The notes: generated by a model from the sequence alone, not told the origin. Positions 18,390 to 28,867 are shown, numbered from the stretch's first letter. The stretch: 64,000 nucleotides of DNA from Candidatus Bathyarchaeota archaeon (GCA_963815095.1 CAWFFH010000003.1:992001-1056000), one strand, 5' to 3'. Numbers and translations are program-made.

Positions 18390-21197
18390 GTGTCTAAGAT
18401 GAATGGATCGTTAAAGAAGAGCAGGCTGATTGTGTATATCGCGTTTATTATTCTACCGCTCTTAATTTTCCCTGTCAATGCAAACTGGGTAATGTTCCGC
18501 GGGGACCTCTCCCGCAGCGGCGCCGTAGCAACCGACTGGACTCCCGGACAGGTTACGTGGAATTTCTCAACCGGTGACAAAGTTAGGTCCTCACCCGCCA
18601 TTTCAGACGGAATAGTCTACGTTAGCTCATACGACAACTATGTGTACGCACTTGATGGCGCAACTGGGGCTAAACTTTGGAGTTTTAAAACTGATGGCGA
18701 CGTTTATGCTTCTCCCGTCGTTGCTGATGGTGTAGTCTACATTGGGTCGCAAGACGAAAAATTATATGCCCTCAATAGCTCCACAGGCACCCAGATCTGG
18801 AGCAGAGCTTTCATCAACGGCTACCATACCTCCACCGCAGCGGTGGCGAATGGAGTTGTATACTTTGGCAGCGGCAACGGTACTATCTATGCGCTCAGCG
18901 TCTCGGATGGGTCGACGATTTGGAGTTTTAGAGTCAACTGTAACCCTTTCTCTTGTCCAGTCGTAGTCAATGGGGTTGTCTACATCGGCGCAATCGATGC
19001 CAGCTCGGGGCAAATGTATGCGCTGGACGCAGCCACAGGCGCCAAAATCTGGAATTTTTCAACAGCTACCCCGAACAATATGGTTTTTTCTTCGCCAGCA
19101 GTCGTTAACGGCGTGGTCTATTTCGGAGCCGATGACCGCAACGTTTACGCCCTAAACGCCGCAACGGGGGAGAAAATCTGGAGCTACTATACAGCTGCAC
19201 TGACCGAGTCATCCCCTGCAGTAGTTAACGGAGTCGTCTACATCGGTGCCAATAACGGCAACCTATATGCCCTAGACGCCTCATCAGGAGTCCAAATCTG
19301 GCACTTTTCCTCATTCAATTGCATAACCTCAAGCCCTGCAGTCCTTGATGGAGTAGTATACGTCGGCTCGTGGGACAACAACCTCTACGCAGTCAACGCT
19401 TCCAACGGCATCGAACTTTGGAGATATACAACAGGCGGCTCAATCTCCAGCTCACCAGCCGTGACAAAGGGAGGAGAAGTCTACATCGGATCCGATGACA
19501 CCCGCATATACTGTCTCAACACAAAAAGCGTTTCGCCATATTACCAAATAAATGGAGCCAGTGGATCAATCAACAGCGGAGGCATCAAACAGTTTATCAC
19601 GATTAATATCGATGGCACCATCACCCCCTCCACGACACCAATAGCCAGATATGGAAACCGATACACACTCACAGGCGACATCGGCGGCTCCATAAAAATT
19701 CTAAAAGATAACATAGTATTTGACGGCCAAGGTCACACAGTCTATGGAAATGGCTCAGCTAAAACCGGTGGCGACATAACCCTCAATCGCCGAGATCACG
19801 TTACAGTAATGAACACTGTCTTCACTGGGTGGTTCGGTACAGCCATAAGCGTGGGCTCAATGGATACAGTCGACCCCAACAATCAGACGGGCAGCAGCAA
19901 CTGCATAATCACCAACAACACAATAACAGGCGGAACCCCAAACTACTGTTTCTGCATCTGGGTCGAAGGCACCAACAACTCTATCACAAACAACCACATC
20001 TACGGCAACAACGGTATGGGTATAGCGCTTGAGAGAGGCACTAATCACCTAATTGCAAATAACCTAATTGAAAACAACGGAATGTACGCCATAAGTTTTG
20101 AATACGGTCAAGCCACAGTACGCGGCAACCATCTCAATAACAACACAGGCGGAGCATACTACTTCACCGATAGCCTCATGGGCATAATGACCCCCATACA
20201 GGATATCGACAGCTCCAACCTCGTAGACGGCAAACCAACCTATTACTGGGTAAACCAGCGCCACCAAACCATTCCAACCGACGCGGGAGTCGTGATTTTG
20301 ATTAACTGCAGCTACATCACTATAAGCGGGTTAAACATCGATAAGGGCGGAAAATACAACTCTTACAGCATCTTCCTCTCCGACACAACCAACTCCATAA
20401 TCAGCGACAACACCATCACAGCAGGCAACGGAATCAGAATACAACAAAACAAAATCTATGGCTCGAACGTCTCCGTCCTTAGAAACTACCTCACCACGGG
20501 CATGTGGACGGGCAGTAACACAACCATAGCCTCCAACGTCTTTGTAAGTAAGGGTATAATGCTGGGCGTTGATGTCGTAGTAGCTTACAACAACTTCACA
20601 GGCTGCGACGTCGCAATCAACATGGATAGCTACAACAGCACAATCCGAAACAACAACTTCCAGAACAACCAAGTAGTATTTCACATGTACGGAGGCGGCA
20701 ACAACCAAATCTACCATAACAACTTTATTTCCAACACCAAACAGGCGGAAGAGCAGCACTCTGACTCGTCACGCTGGCCAATAGACGGGTTCTATGCCTC
20801 AGTCAATAACACTTGGTACCAACCTTTACCGGTGGGCGGAAACTACTGGAGTGACTATAAAGGCAATGACTTAAACAACGACGGAATCGGCGACACACCA
20901 TACCACATAATTGAGAACTATACCGATCTTTATCCACTAATACAGCCCACAAATATTATTCAGCCCACCACGGAGAGTCTATTACCAGCAGAAACGGGGC
21001 AAATCCTAAGTCCAAATCCAACGGAAAAACCTGACCCATCCTCAACAAGTAATCTCCAAGTTAGCAGTGAACCGAACAAAACAAACTCACCCACTTCAGC
21101 TCTGCAATTACTTTGGGTGTTAGTGATACTAACAATTGTTGTTTTAACCACATTAGTTGCTTACCGCATATTCAAAAAGCGGCAAATGCCCAGCTAA
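18390..21197 (+). CDS. Cell-surface protein: PQQ-like/BamB beta-propeller repeats, NosD/CASH beta-helix, C-terminal TM anchor
   Basis: Repeated SSPAV.NGVVYIG...LYALDA.TG..IW units; GGNYWSDY..D.NNDGIGDTPY; S/T/P linker and TM. Confidence 0.9.
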   Translation: MSKMNGSLKKSRLIVYIAFIILPLLIFPVNANWVMFRGDLSRSGAVATDWTPGQVTWNFSTGDKVRSSPAISDGIVYVSSYDNYVYALDGATGAKLWSFKTDGDVYASPVVADGVVYIGSQDEKLYALNSSTGTQIWSRAFINGYHTSTAAVANGVVYFGSGNGTIYALSVSDGSTIWSFRVNCNPFSCPVVVNGVVYIGAIDASSGQMYALDAATGAKIWNFSTATPNNMVFSSPAVVNGVVYFGADDRNVYALNAATGEKIWSYYTAALTESSPAVVNGVVYIGANNGNLYALDASSGVQIWHFSSFNCITSSPAVLDGVVYVGSWDNNLYAVNASNGIELWRYTTGGSISSSPAVTKGGEVYIGSDDTRIYCLNTKSVSPYYQINGASGSINSGGIKQFITINIDGTITPSTTPIARYGNRYTLTGDIGGSIKILKDNIVFDGQGHTVYGNGSAKTGGDITLNRRDHVTVMNTVFTGWFGTAISVGSMDTVDPNNQTGSSNCIITNNTITGGTPNYCFCIWVEGTNNSITNNHIYGNNGMGIALERGTNHLIANNLIENNGMYAISFEYGQATVRGNHLNNNTGGAYYFTDSLMGIMTPIQDIDSSNLVDGKPTYYWVNQRHQTIPTDAGVVILINCSYITISGLNIDKGGKYNSYSIFLSDTTNSIISDNTITAGNGIRIQQNKIYGSNVSVLRNYLTTGMWTGSNTTIASNVFVSKGIMLGVDVVVAYNNFTGCDVAINMDSYNSTIRNNNFQNNQVVFHMYGGGNNQIYHNNFISNTKQAEEQHSDSSRWPIDGFYASVNNTWYQPLPVGGNYWSDYKGNDLNNDGIGDTPYHIIENYTDLYPLIQPTNIIQPTTESLLPAETGQILSPNPTEKPDPSSTSNLQVSSEPNKTNSPTSALQLLWVLVILTIVVLTTLVAYRIFKKRQMPS

Positions 21198-21402
21198 GCA
21201 ACCAATGTAGCGCGTATTTTTTTTTAAAAAAGTTTGCAGGTGAGAGGAAAAAAAATTGCAAATAGTCCCTAGCTTGGTGCCTACAATAGAGCCTAAATGG
21301 GGAAGTCTTGCAATATTTATTTAAACTTGGAGCACCAAACATAGCCATTATATCAATTAATATATGCAAGGTGCACAATGAAGATATCGAGGATGGCATT
21401 GC

Positions 21403-22152
21403 TTGGTTTGGTATGATGACCCAGTAATAGTTACAGTGGTGTTGTTAGTGGTAATCATCGCCGTCGGAACAGTAGTTTTTGTCATGAGACGGTATGGGAA
21501 CGGGAAAAAATCCTCACCAGCCAAGAAAACACCGCAGAAATCCGACCCAGACCTCGAATACAACAACATACCGTTTAAAATTTCTAAAAGCGTTCAAACC
21601 ACAATGGCTTCCAGCGCAAAAGACGAATTGCGAATTCTGGATTTAGAACGCGACATTTTGGGTGATGCAATAAGGCGACTCTACGAAGCTCATGCTGAAG
21701 GCAAAATCACGGAGCAAGAACGAGAAAAATTAGCAATCACCTACAAAAACAGAATGAACACCATCAAAGAATCCATTTCTAAAGACGAAGGCATAGTTGC
21801 ACTCCATGAGCTTGAAGGCATGCAAGAAGACCTCATGAAACTCTTCAGCGAACGCTTCGGAGAACTGACCAGCAAAGTAGAAGAACTCAGAACAAGAATC
21901 GACGTAAAACCAATCCGAGAAATCCCAATAAAGATGCCTTCTCAAACCCCAACTCAAATAGAAAACGATGACGACGAAGAAGAAAGCGAAGAAGAACCCG
22001 AAACTACAGCTGAAGAGAAACCCAAAAAGAAACGCAAACCGCCAGAAGAGAAACCAACAGCCAAAACTGAAGCTGAAAAAAGAATAGAATCTATTCGTAG
22101 TGAAGTTGAGAAAGTTTTAGATAAACTGGGCCAAATGGAGATTGAAAGCTAA
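21403..22152 (+). CDS. Membrane-anchored coiled-coil protein with acidic/basic low-complexity linker
   Basis: N-terminal TM, helical core, DDDEEESEEE and KPKKKRK; overlaps rpiA start. Confidence 0.75.
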   Translation: MVWYDDPVIVTVVLLVVIIAVGTVVFVMRRYGNGKKSSPAKKTPQKSDPDLEYNNIPFKISKSVQTTMASSAKDELRILDLERDILGDAIRRLYEAHAEGKITEQEREKLAITYKNRMNTIKESISKDEGIVALHELEGMQEDLMKLFSERFGELTSKVEELRTRIDVKPIREIPIKMPSQTPTQIENDDDEEESEEEPETTAEEKPKKKRKPPEEKPTAKTEAEKRIESIRSEVEKVLDKLGQMEIES

Positions 22153-22855
22153 CTTGGATCCAATTCAGCAAGAAAAGCAGAATGCAGCTTTAGCTGCAGT
22201 TAAACACGTTAAAGATTGTTATATCGTTGGGTTAGGTAGTGGAAGCACAGCAGCCTTTGCCATCGAAGCCCTAGGTGAGCGAATTCAGAAAGAGAACCTG
22301 CACATTATGGGCATTCCAACTTCTTACCAAGCGTTCCTTTTAGCGGTCGAATGCAAAATTCCAATAACTACACTTGACGAGCACCAAGTTATCGACGTAA
22401 CAATAGATGGCGCTGACCAATTAACTCCAGAATTATTCTTAATCAAGGGCGGCGGCGCCGCGATGGCACGAGAAAAAATAGTGGCATCAGCATCCAAACT
22501 AAACATCATAATTGCTGACCAACAAAAAAAAGTCACTTTGCTGGGAGAAAAAAACCAGTTTGTGCCAATCGAAGTTTTGCCGTTTGCTCTACCAATCGTT
22601 AAAGAAACCATCATTGCTATGGGCGGAAAACCTGTAGTGCGGGAAGGCAAAGGAAAACTGGGTCCCACCATCACGGATAACGGCAACGCAGTCATAGACG
22701 CATACTTCGGAGAAATAGTAAATCCCGCAGAACTTGCCGTGAAGGTGAAGATTGTTCCGGGCGTGGTTGAAACTGGCTTCTTCATCGGCTTAACCGACAT
22801 CGCCTATCTTGGGTCAAGCGGTGGCGTGGAGAAAATCGAAAAGTTGCGTAAGTAA
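22142..22855 (+). CDS. rpiA: Ribose-5-phosphate isomerase A
   Basis: GLGSGST, DGADQ, IKGGGAA.AREK, PGVVETG. Confidence 0.97.
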   Translation: MKANLDPIQQEKQNAALAAVKHVKDCYIVGLGSGSTAAFAIEALGERIQKENLHIMGIPTSYQAFLLAVECKIPITTLDEHQVIDVTIDGADQLTPELFLIKGGGAAMAREKIVASASKLNIIIADQQKKVTLLGEKNQFVPIEVLPFALPIVKETIIAMGGKPVVREGKGKLGPTITDNGNAVIDAYFGEIVNPAELAVKVKIVPGVVETGFFIGLTDIAYLGSSGGVEKIEKLRK

Positions 22856-22988
22856 TTGTCGAGAGTGTGGCTCCCAACAATAAGCGTTGATTTTTCAAAT
22901 GATAATGAGCCGACTTCCCGCTAATGATGATCTATGCATCAGTTTTATGAAATAACTATCGGGATTAAATTTTAATAATCCACCACCA

Positions 22989-23044
22989 GTCAAGAAATCC
23001 TGACTCAGATTAGTCAAGGTTCTTTTACAAGAAACCTTATTATG
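22989..23044 (+). promoter_or_regulatory. Tandem GTCAAG-N4-CTTGAC-like palindromes plus TATA
   Basis: gtcaagaaatcctgac (22989), gtcaaggttcttttac (23013), TATA at 23037. Confidence 0.5.
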
Positions 23045-23066
23045 AAAATCAGTTCCAATTGTAAGC

Positions 23067-23804
23067 ATGGATAAAATAAGCAAGATTTTTGCAGTATTCA
23101 TTATTCTAATTATGGCTATCTCAAGCCTAAGCCTAATAATAGTTAAACCGGCAAATGCTCAAACAATCCCTACGCCATCCATACCTGAATTTAGCGTAAC
23201 TCATACTAGTTCATCTATTGAAGTTACAATTCTAAATCAGCCTTTCAGTCCACATCAAACTGCTGGCGGAACAGCTTTAAACTTATTTTATACTGTTAGG
23301 GTAAAGGAGCATTCAAGTGATAATTGGAACTACTATCCTCAATATCAAGGCAATTACCACCCAAATGGCAATTATCCTGCCACAAATTCTGATTATACAG
23401 TTATGCACTTTGAATTCAACGGTTCATCTAGCGGACCTTTAACCTTAAATCCGGTTTTAACTGGGAAGCAATATGATTTTCAAGTTCAAGCTGCCATAGG
23501 ATTCTATGTTACAGAACCCTATTTCCCACCTGGTCAAACATACCCTCCTTCCCCAGAAGGAACAGTTCAAGATTTTTCAGGATATTTCAGCGATTATAGT
23601 CCCACACAAACACTAACCATTGATGAAACCTCGCCATCAGTTTCACCTACTCCAACATCAATGCCCTCTCCAACTCCTACCCCAACACCAACCGTCCCAG
23701 AGTTTTCAGCATGGACAATTCCGTTGCTACTAACTATAGTCGTTGCATTAGCTGGTTTGCTTGTCTACCTAAAAAAACCCAAAGCACAAATCAATTTGAA
23801 ATAA
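23067..23804 (+). CDS. Secreted surface protein with PT linker and PEF-CTERM-like anchor
   Basis: Signal peptide, (PT)n linker, VPEF + TM + basic tail. Confidence 0.85.
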   Translation: MDKISKIFAVFIILIMAISSLSLIIVKPANAQTIPTPSIPEFSVTHTSSSIEVTILNQPFSPHQTAGGTALNLFYTVRVKEHSSDNWNYYPQYQGNYHPNGNYPATNSDYTVMHFEFNGSSSGPLTLNPVLTGKQYDFQVQAAIGFYVTEPYFPPGQTYPPSPEGTVQDFSGYFSDYSPTQTLTIDETSPSVSPTPTSMPSPTPTPTPTVPEFSAWTIPLLLTIVVALAGLLVYLKKPKAQINLK

Positions 23805-23831
23805 AGTTTGACTAAGCAGTTTTCAGAGTTA

Positions 23832-23863
23832 GTCAAGAAACCTTTACGAGAACCCTTAAATTA
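23832..23863 (+). promoter_or_regulatory. GTCAAG-N4-CTTTAC palindrome plus TATA
   Basis: gtcaagaaacctttac (23832), TATA at 23856; same spacing as the other two sites. Confidence 0.5.
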
Positions 23864-23892
23864 TTAACTATCTCAAGTGAGTTTGGATAAGA

Positions 23893-25329
23893 ATGCGTAG
23901 AGGCTTCATTTCAGTAATCGTTCTTCTTTTCATAATTTCTTTAACTATACTGCCGTCTGCCACCGTGAAAGCTCAATCCAAAACCATCATTGTCCCAGAT
24001 AATTATCCAACTATTCAAGCGGCTATTGATAATGCCAGTGCTGGTGATACGGTATTTGTGAGAAGTGGGACATACAACCAAAACATATCAATCGGCAAAT
24101 CCATTAATCTAATCGGGCAAAACTCTCAAACTACAAAATTGATAATGCCGCAATTTTACGTTTTCCATAATGGTCCTGCGGTTGCTCCACCACCTACCTA
24201 TGTTATTAACATTAATGCCAATGAAGTTACCATCAGCAATTTCACCGTTGAAAACCCCAACTATGGTGGAATTGGAATAAACTCTAACGGCGACGGAAAC
24301 CAAATAAACAGAATAAATTTTGATTCAGAAGAAATTGGCTTAATCGTAACCGGTTCTAATCAGTATATATCCAACAACCTAATTGCCAATGCAACACCTG
24401 GAATTCAAAGCAGCGGTTCATACAACCAAATTATCGACAATACAATTTCAAGCATCTCAGGTCAAATGTTCCTAAGTGGTTCAAATAACTTGTTTGCTGG
24501 AAACCAAATTACAGATAAAGCCTGGACTTTAATTTACTTGAAAAACGCATATTCTACCATCATGTATAATAATACTTTAAACAGGGCAGATATCGAACTG
24601 CAAAATTCTAATTCTAACATAATTTATAATAATACCCTAAACGGCGGCTATTTAGGAGTAGGTTATGACAAGTCACCGGCTTCAAGCAACCTTATAGCCA
24701 GAAACATAATAGAGAACACAAGGACTGATGGCGGAATAATCGTGTTTTCTGGGTCAAATAACGAGTTTTACGGGAACTTGGTTACCAGCAACAAAGTCGG
24801 ATTAGCTCTTGGTTTGACTGGAATTGGAGTGAATGAAAACAACGAGTACAACAATGTTTTCTTTTACAACATGTTTGTCAAAAACTCCGAGGGGAATGTG
24901 GTAAATCGGCAATTGGTCGATTCTAATTCTTTTGACAATGGGACGGTAGGCAATTATTGGGATGATTACTTAACTAAGTACCCTAACGCTACTGAGATAG
25001 ATAATTCTGCAATAGGAAATACACCCTACATTGTTCACAATAATGTAACGGATAATTACCCGCTAATGATGCCTTTTGACCTATCGAGTATAACCATTCA
25101 GTTTCCATCGTGGATAAATTCACTACCAAACTTGCGTACAACACCTACTTTTCCAACAATGACCACGCATAACACACAACCAAGCCCAACATCGACACCT
25201 TCTCCAACGCCCACAATTCCAGAGTTTTCTTGGTTAGCAATTTTACCCTTCCTCATTTCTATGCTTTTAGTTGAAGTGATACTCGGACATCGAAAATCGA
25301 CTTCATTGTGTAAGTTATCTATAAACTAA
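23893..25329 (+). CDS. NosD/right-handed beta-helix surface protein with PEF-CTERM-like anchor
   Basis: VPDNYPTIQAAI, Asn-rich repeats, GNYWDDY, IPEF + TM. Confidence 0.88.
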   Translation: MRRGFISVIVLLFIISLTILPSATVKAQSKTIIVPDNYPTIQAAIDNASAGDTVFVRSGTYNQNISIGKSINLIGQNSQTTKLIMPQFYVFHNGPAVAPPPTYVININANEVTISNFTVENPNYGGIGINSNGDGNQINRINFDSEEIGLIVTGSNQYISNNLIANATPGIQSSGSYNQIIDNTISSISGQMFLSGSNNLFAGNQITDKAWTLIYLKNAYSTIMYNNTLNRADIELQNSNSNIIYNNTLNGGYLGVGYDKSPASSNLIARNIIENTRTDGGIIVFSGSNNEFYGNLVTSNKVGLALGLTGIGVNENNEYNNVFFYNMFVKNSEGNVVNRQLVDSNSFDNGTVGNYWDDYLTKYPNATEIDNSAIGNTPYIVHNNVTDNYPLMMPFDLSSITIQFPSWINSLPNLRTTPTFPTMTTHNTQPSPTSTPSPTPTIPEFSWLAILPFLISMLLVEVILGHRKSTSLCKLSIN

Positions 25330-25667
25330 AATCTAAACGAAAAGCTTGATAAACTTAACTTTGTGCATTTTTTACGAATAAGCTCTTTGAAATCCTATTG
25401 AATGGACTTTTATTTTTAAGAAAACTTTTAGCGTAATGGTTAGCCTCTTTTTCTTTCGTTCTCTGGGACATCTCTATACTCCTTACCTCAATGAGGTGAT
25501 GGTAAAGCTCATTCAAAACTATTTGTTTACTCAGACCACCCTTCTTAAAACACGCGGTATTTTTTAGATAGGAACCCAAATAATTCTTGCTAACTTTTTT
25601 GCCGTCCAAAACTATCTTCACAACAAAGCACAACTTAAAGAGTCAATAACATGGTCTGCGCAATGGG

Positions 25668-26078
25668 TTACCAGCTTCGCAGGACTATCATGGTGTTGGT
25701 TTTCATTATGCCTTCGACTCGGCGGATTTTTTCAATACACTCGTTGACTTCGGTGACGTTCATTCCGCTGATGACTGCGACGATGTCGTATTCGCCTGTA
25801 ACTTCATAGATGGTTTCAACGTTTGGGATTGCTTGAATTTTCTTGGAGACTTCTTGGGTTGGGTAAGCTGGGTTTGTTGCGAGTAGCGTGATGGCTTGGG
25901 CGCCTTCTGCTACGCCGATTTTAACAGTGAATTTTCTGATGACGCTTTCGTCTGTTAAGGTTTTGATTCTTTTGCGTACTGCGCCTTCAGATAAGCCTAC
26001 TTTGGTGCCTATGTCGCCGTAGCCTGCCCTTGCGTCGTCTTTTAGGATTTTGATGATTTGCTTGTCTTTTTCATCCAT
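25668..26078 (-). CDS. lysM: Lrp/AsnC family regulator (LysM-like)
   Basis: MDEKD..I..L..DAR..GLSEGAVRKRI HTH, EVTGEYD; divergent from lysW. Confidence 0.85.
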   Translation of the reverse strand: MDEKDKQIIKILKDDARAGYGDIGTKVGLSEGAVRKRIKTLTDESVIRKFTVKIGVAEGAQAITLLATNPAYPTQEVSKKIQAIPNVETIYEVTGEYDIVAVISGMNVTEVNECIEKIRRVEGIMKTNTMIVLRSW

Positions 26079-26212
26079 TTTTTAGCCCAGTGAATAGTGG
26101 AGTGGAAAAATTTAACGTTTTCCATACATTTTCTTACTGGATAGTGCGGATTTCGTTGCAGATTCGCAGTTAAGGTGCGTTTTTATCTATTTAATCTTGA
26201 AAAGTGTTGCAC

Positions 26213-26265
26213 CAAATGGGACATTAAAAGTCCAAGTTGTAACAAATTCGTCAAAATGTTTAAAA
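26213..26265. promoter_or_regulatory. Conserved promoter/operator block upstream of lysW (copy 1)
   Basis: 39/53 ungapped identity to 49613-49665. Confidence 0.7.
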
Positions 26266-26322
26266 GAAACTGGAAATAATCTGAATGACATTTCCAATAA
26301 ATAAAAAAGTGACGAATAAAAA

Positions 26323-26529
26323 ATGATTAAACCCGTAAACTCAAATCAACCAAACGCAAAAGCAAAATGTCCAGACTGCGATGCAGACCTTGATGTTCCA
26401 GCTGACACAGAGAAAGGCGAAATTGTAAGTTGTCCTGGCTGTGGTCTTGAACTTGAGGTTAAACAGATAAAATGCGGTTGCGTTGACCTTCAAGAGTTAA
26501 CTATTGAAGGCGAAGACTGGGGCGAATAA
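26323..26529 (+). CDS. lysW: Amino-group carrier protein LysW
   Basis: CPDC...CPGC Zn ribbon, C-terminal EDWGE. Confidence 0.97.
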   Translation: MIKPVNSNQPNAKAKCPDCDADLDVPADTEKGEIVSCPGCGLELEVKQIKCGCVDLQELTIEGEDWGE

Positions 26530-26594
26530 ACAGTATCTTCCACCAAACCAATCTCTTGCGTTAAATCACCTTTTTAAGGTAAGTTTTTTCATGG

Positions 26595-27791
26595 ATGCTG
26601 AAAGCGATGAGCATTGCACTTTTGTATGAGCGCTCGGAAAACGATGAAAACGGCATAAAGCTCACCGCCAAACAACTCGGTATAGATTTAACTTTTATTC
26701 CATTTCGAAAAATTGCCTTAGCAATCTCCAAAGATGGTTTTAGTGCTAAAACCAAAGGCAAAGACTACACAGGCATTATAGAAAACACCGATGTTGTGCT
26801 TAACCGTGCCCAAAGCAAAAACCGGCGCCTCCAAGCCTCATACTACATGGAGATGCTGGGCAAAAAAACCCTCAACACCTCCCAAGTTGAATTCGTCTGC
26901 TACAGCAAACTCCGCACCTTGTTGAACCTGCATAAAGAGTGCATTCCGATTCCAAAAACCGTTTTTGTCCCCTGCGACGCATCAGACATGTTGAAGAATG
27001 GGAAAGAAATCCATAACGAAAAAGACATCGCCGACCTCTTCGAAGCAGAAATTCCCATAGACAAAGGCATAGTCATCAAGGCTGATGCTGGAACTCATGG
27101 CAAAATGATTATGCTTTCCAACAATCGCGAAGAGCTTGAGGCAAACATCAAGGAAACAAAACCAACTATCATTAATCCCATTGGCGTTGTCGCACAGGAG
27201 CTGGTGCAGAAATGGTTCTACGACTTACGAATAATCGTTTCCAAAGAAAAAGGCAAGCAGCCCGTTTGCTACCACACCGCGATGGCGCGTGCAGGCTTTA
27301 AAGATTTCCGCACAAACACTTTCCTTGGTAATCTAGTATTCCACTCTAAACTGCCTTTGAGTATTCAGGAACTTGCAGTGAAGAGTGGCAAAACCCTGGG
27401 TGAAGGTAGTGACGCTTGGATATTCGCGTTGGATGCGATGGTCAACGTCGGCGAAAATAAACAAGTCGATGATACTTATCTCAAGGGAGAACTTGACAAA
27501 GCTGGGCAAGCGTTTGGTCCTGTCCAGAAAGTTAAGGCAGACGAGACCCGCTTAACTGATTTTGAAACATGGACGGGTAAGCTGGAAAAAGCTTTTAACG
27601 GTTATAAGAACTCGGAATCATACGAAAACATTAAGAATATAATTGAAGAAAGCGTAGAAAAAAATAAGAGTGAACTGGTGTTTCATGAGTGCAATTCTTG
27701 TCCCGAATTCTGGGAGAATACAAGACTTGCTACTGGGCTTAATGTGGCTATTCCACTGTTGAAGGGCGCTCAGAGCCTCATCGATCATTAA
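26595..27791 (+). CDS. lysX: LysX/ArgX-type ATP-grasp amino acid-LysW ligase (divergent, with insertion)
   Basis: Position after lysW; LNR, IPKT, GTHG, QE..YDLR, RTNT, E.N..PEF ATP-grasp motifs. Confidence 0.75.
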   Translation: MLKAMSIALLYERSENDENGIKLTAKQLGIDLTFIPFRKIALAISKDGFSAKTKGKDYTGIIENTDVVLNRAQSKNRRLQASYYMEMLGKKTLNTSQVEFVCYSKLRTLLNLHKECIPIPKTVFVPCDASDMLKNGKEIHNEKDIADLFEAEIPIDKGIVIKADAGTHGKMIMLSNNREELEANIKETKPTIINPIGVVAQELVQKWFYDLRIIVSKEKGKQPVCYHTAMARAGFKDFRTNTFLGNLVFHSKLPLSIQELAVKSGKTLGEGSDAWIFALDAMVNVGENKQVDDTYLKGELDKAGQAFGPVQKVKADETRLTDFETWTGKLEKAFNGYKNSESYENIKNIIEESVEKNKSELVFHECNSCPEFWENTRLATGLNVAIPLLKGAQSLIDH

Positions 27792-27814
27792 TCAAATCAT
27801 TAGAGGAAAACAGA

Positions 27815-28867
27815 ATGCGAATAGGAATAATTGGTGGTTCAGGTTACGTTGGCAGTGAACTGTTAAGACTGCTGCTCATGCACCCAGAGGTAGAAGTAAC
27901 AATGGTTACTTCGCGGCAGAGCGCAGGGGAATACGTTTTCAATGTACATCCCAACCTTAGAGGCTTAACTCAGCTAAAATTTGTACCTCAAGACATGGCT
28001 GAACTCCAGAAGAACTGCGACTTAGTCTTCACAGCGACCCCACACGGAGGTTCCGTAAACCTTGTTCCCAAACTCTTAGAGACCGGTTTGAAAGTAATCG
28101 ATATGAGCGCCGACTTCCGTCTCAAAAACCCCGCTGACTACGACTCCTACTACGGCTGGAAACACGCTCACCCAGAAATGCTCAAAGAAGCCGCCTACGG
28201 CTTGCCAGAACTCCATCGGGAAGAAATCAAAAAAGCCAAGCTAGTGGCTTGCCCCGGCTGTATGGCAACATCAGCAATTCTTGGCTTAGCTCCAATAGTG
28301 AAAGCAGGCTTAATTGACAACAGCAAAATAATTGTTGACCTAAAAGTCGGTTCTTCAGGCGGCGGCAGTAAACCAACCCCCGCATCACACCACCCCGAAC
28401 GCTTCAGCGGCGTCCGCCCCTACCAAGTCACAGGTCACCGCCACACCGCCGAAGTCGAACAAGAGCTAACCGCACTCGCTTCTGAACCAGTCAAAATCGG
28501 ATTCACACCCCACGCCGTTAACATGGTGCGCGGAATTCTTGCTACCATCTACGCCTTCCCCAAGCAGCCCATCACCAGCAAGGACCTCTGGAAAGCACTC
28601 CGAGGCATGTACGGCACCGAACCTTTCGTACGCTTAGTCAAGTATCAGAAGGGACCATACCAGCTTCCTGACCCCAAGATTGTCACAGGTACAAACTATT
28701 GCGATGTTGGCTTCGAAATCGACGAACACGCTAACCGACTCATAATGTTCTCAGCCATCGACAACATGACTAAAGGCGCAGCAGGACAAGGCGTCCAATG
28801 CCTCAATCTACTTATGGGAATAGACGAAACCACAGGCCTTAAGAGCACTGGGTTCCACCCGGCGTGA
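27815..28867 (+). CDS. lysY: [LysW]-aminoadipate/glutamate phosphate reductase (ArgC family)
   Basis: GGSGYVG, ACPGC, IDNMTKGAAGQ. Confidence 0.93.
   Translation: MRIGIIGGSGYVGSELLRLLLMHPEVEVTMVTSRQSAGEYVFNVHPNLRGLTQLKFVPQDMAELQKNCDLVFTATPHGGSVNLVPKLLETGLKVIDMSADFRLKNPADYDSYYGWKHAHPEMLKEAAYGLPELHREEIKKAKLVACPGCMATSAILGLAPIVKAGLIDNSKIIVDLKVGSSGGGSKPTPASHHPERFSGVRPYQVTGHRHTAEVEQELTALASEPVKIGFTPHAVNMVRGILATIYAFPKQPITSKDLWKALRGMYGTEPFVRLVKYQKGPYQLPDPKIVTGTNYCDVGFEIDEHANRLIMFSAIDNMTKGAAGQGVQCLNLLMGIDETTGLKSTGFHPA

Noticed and set aside
18540-19520. CRISPR-like or tandem DNA repeats
   Set aside because: These are protein-level beta-propeller repeats with divergent codons; no CRISPR array was seen anywhere in the window.
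25355-25633. 92-aa minus-strand ORF downstream of lysM
   Set aside because: No recognisable domain or clear start signals; could be real but cannot be supported.
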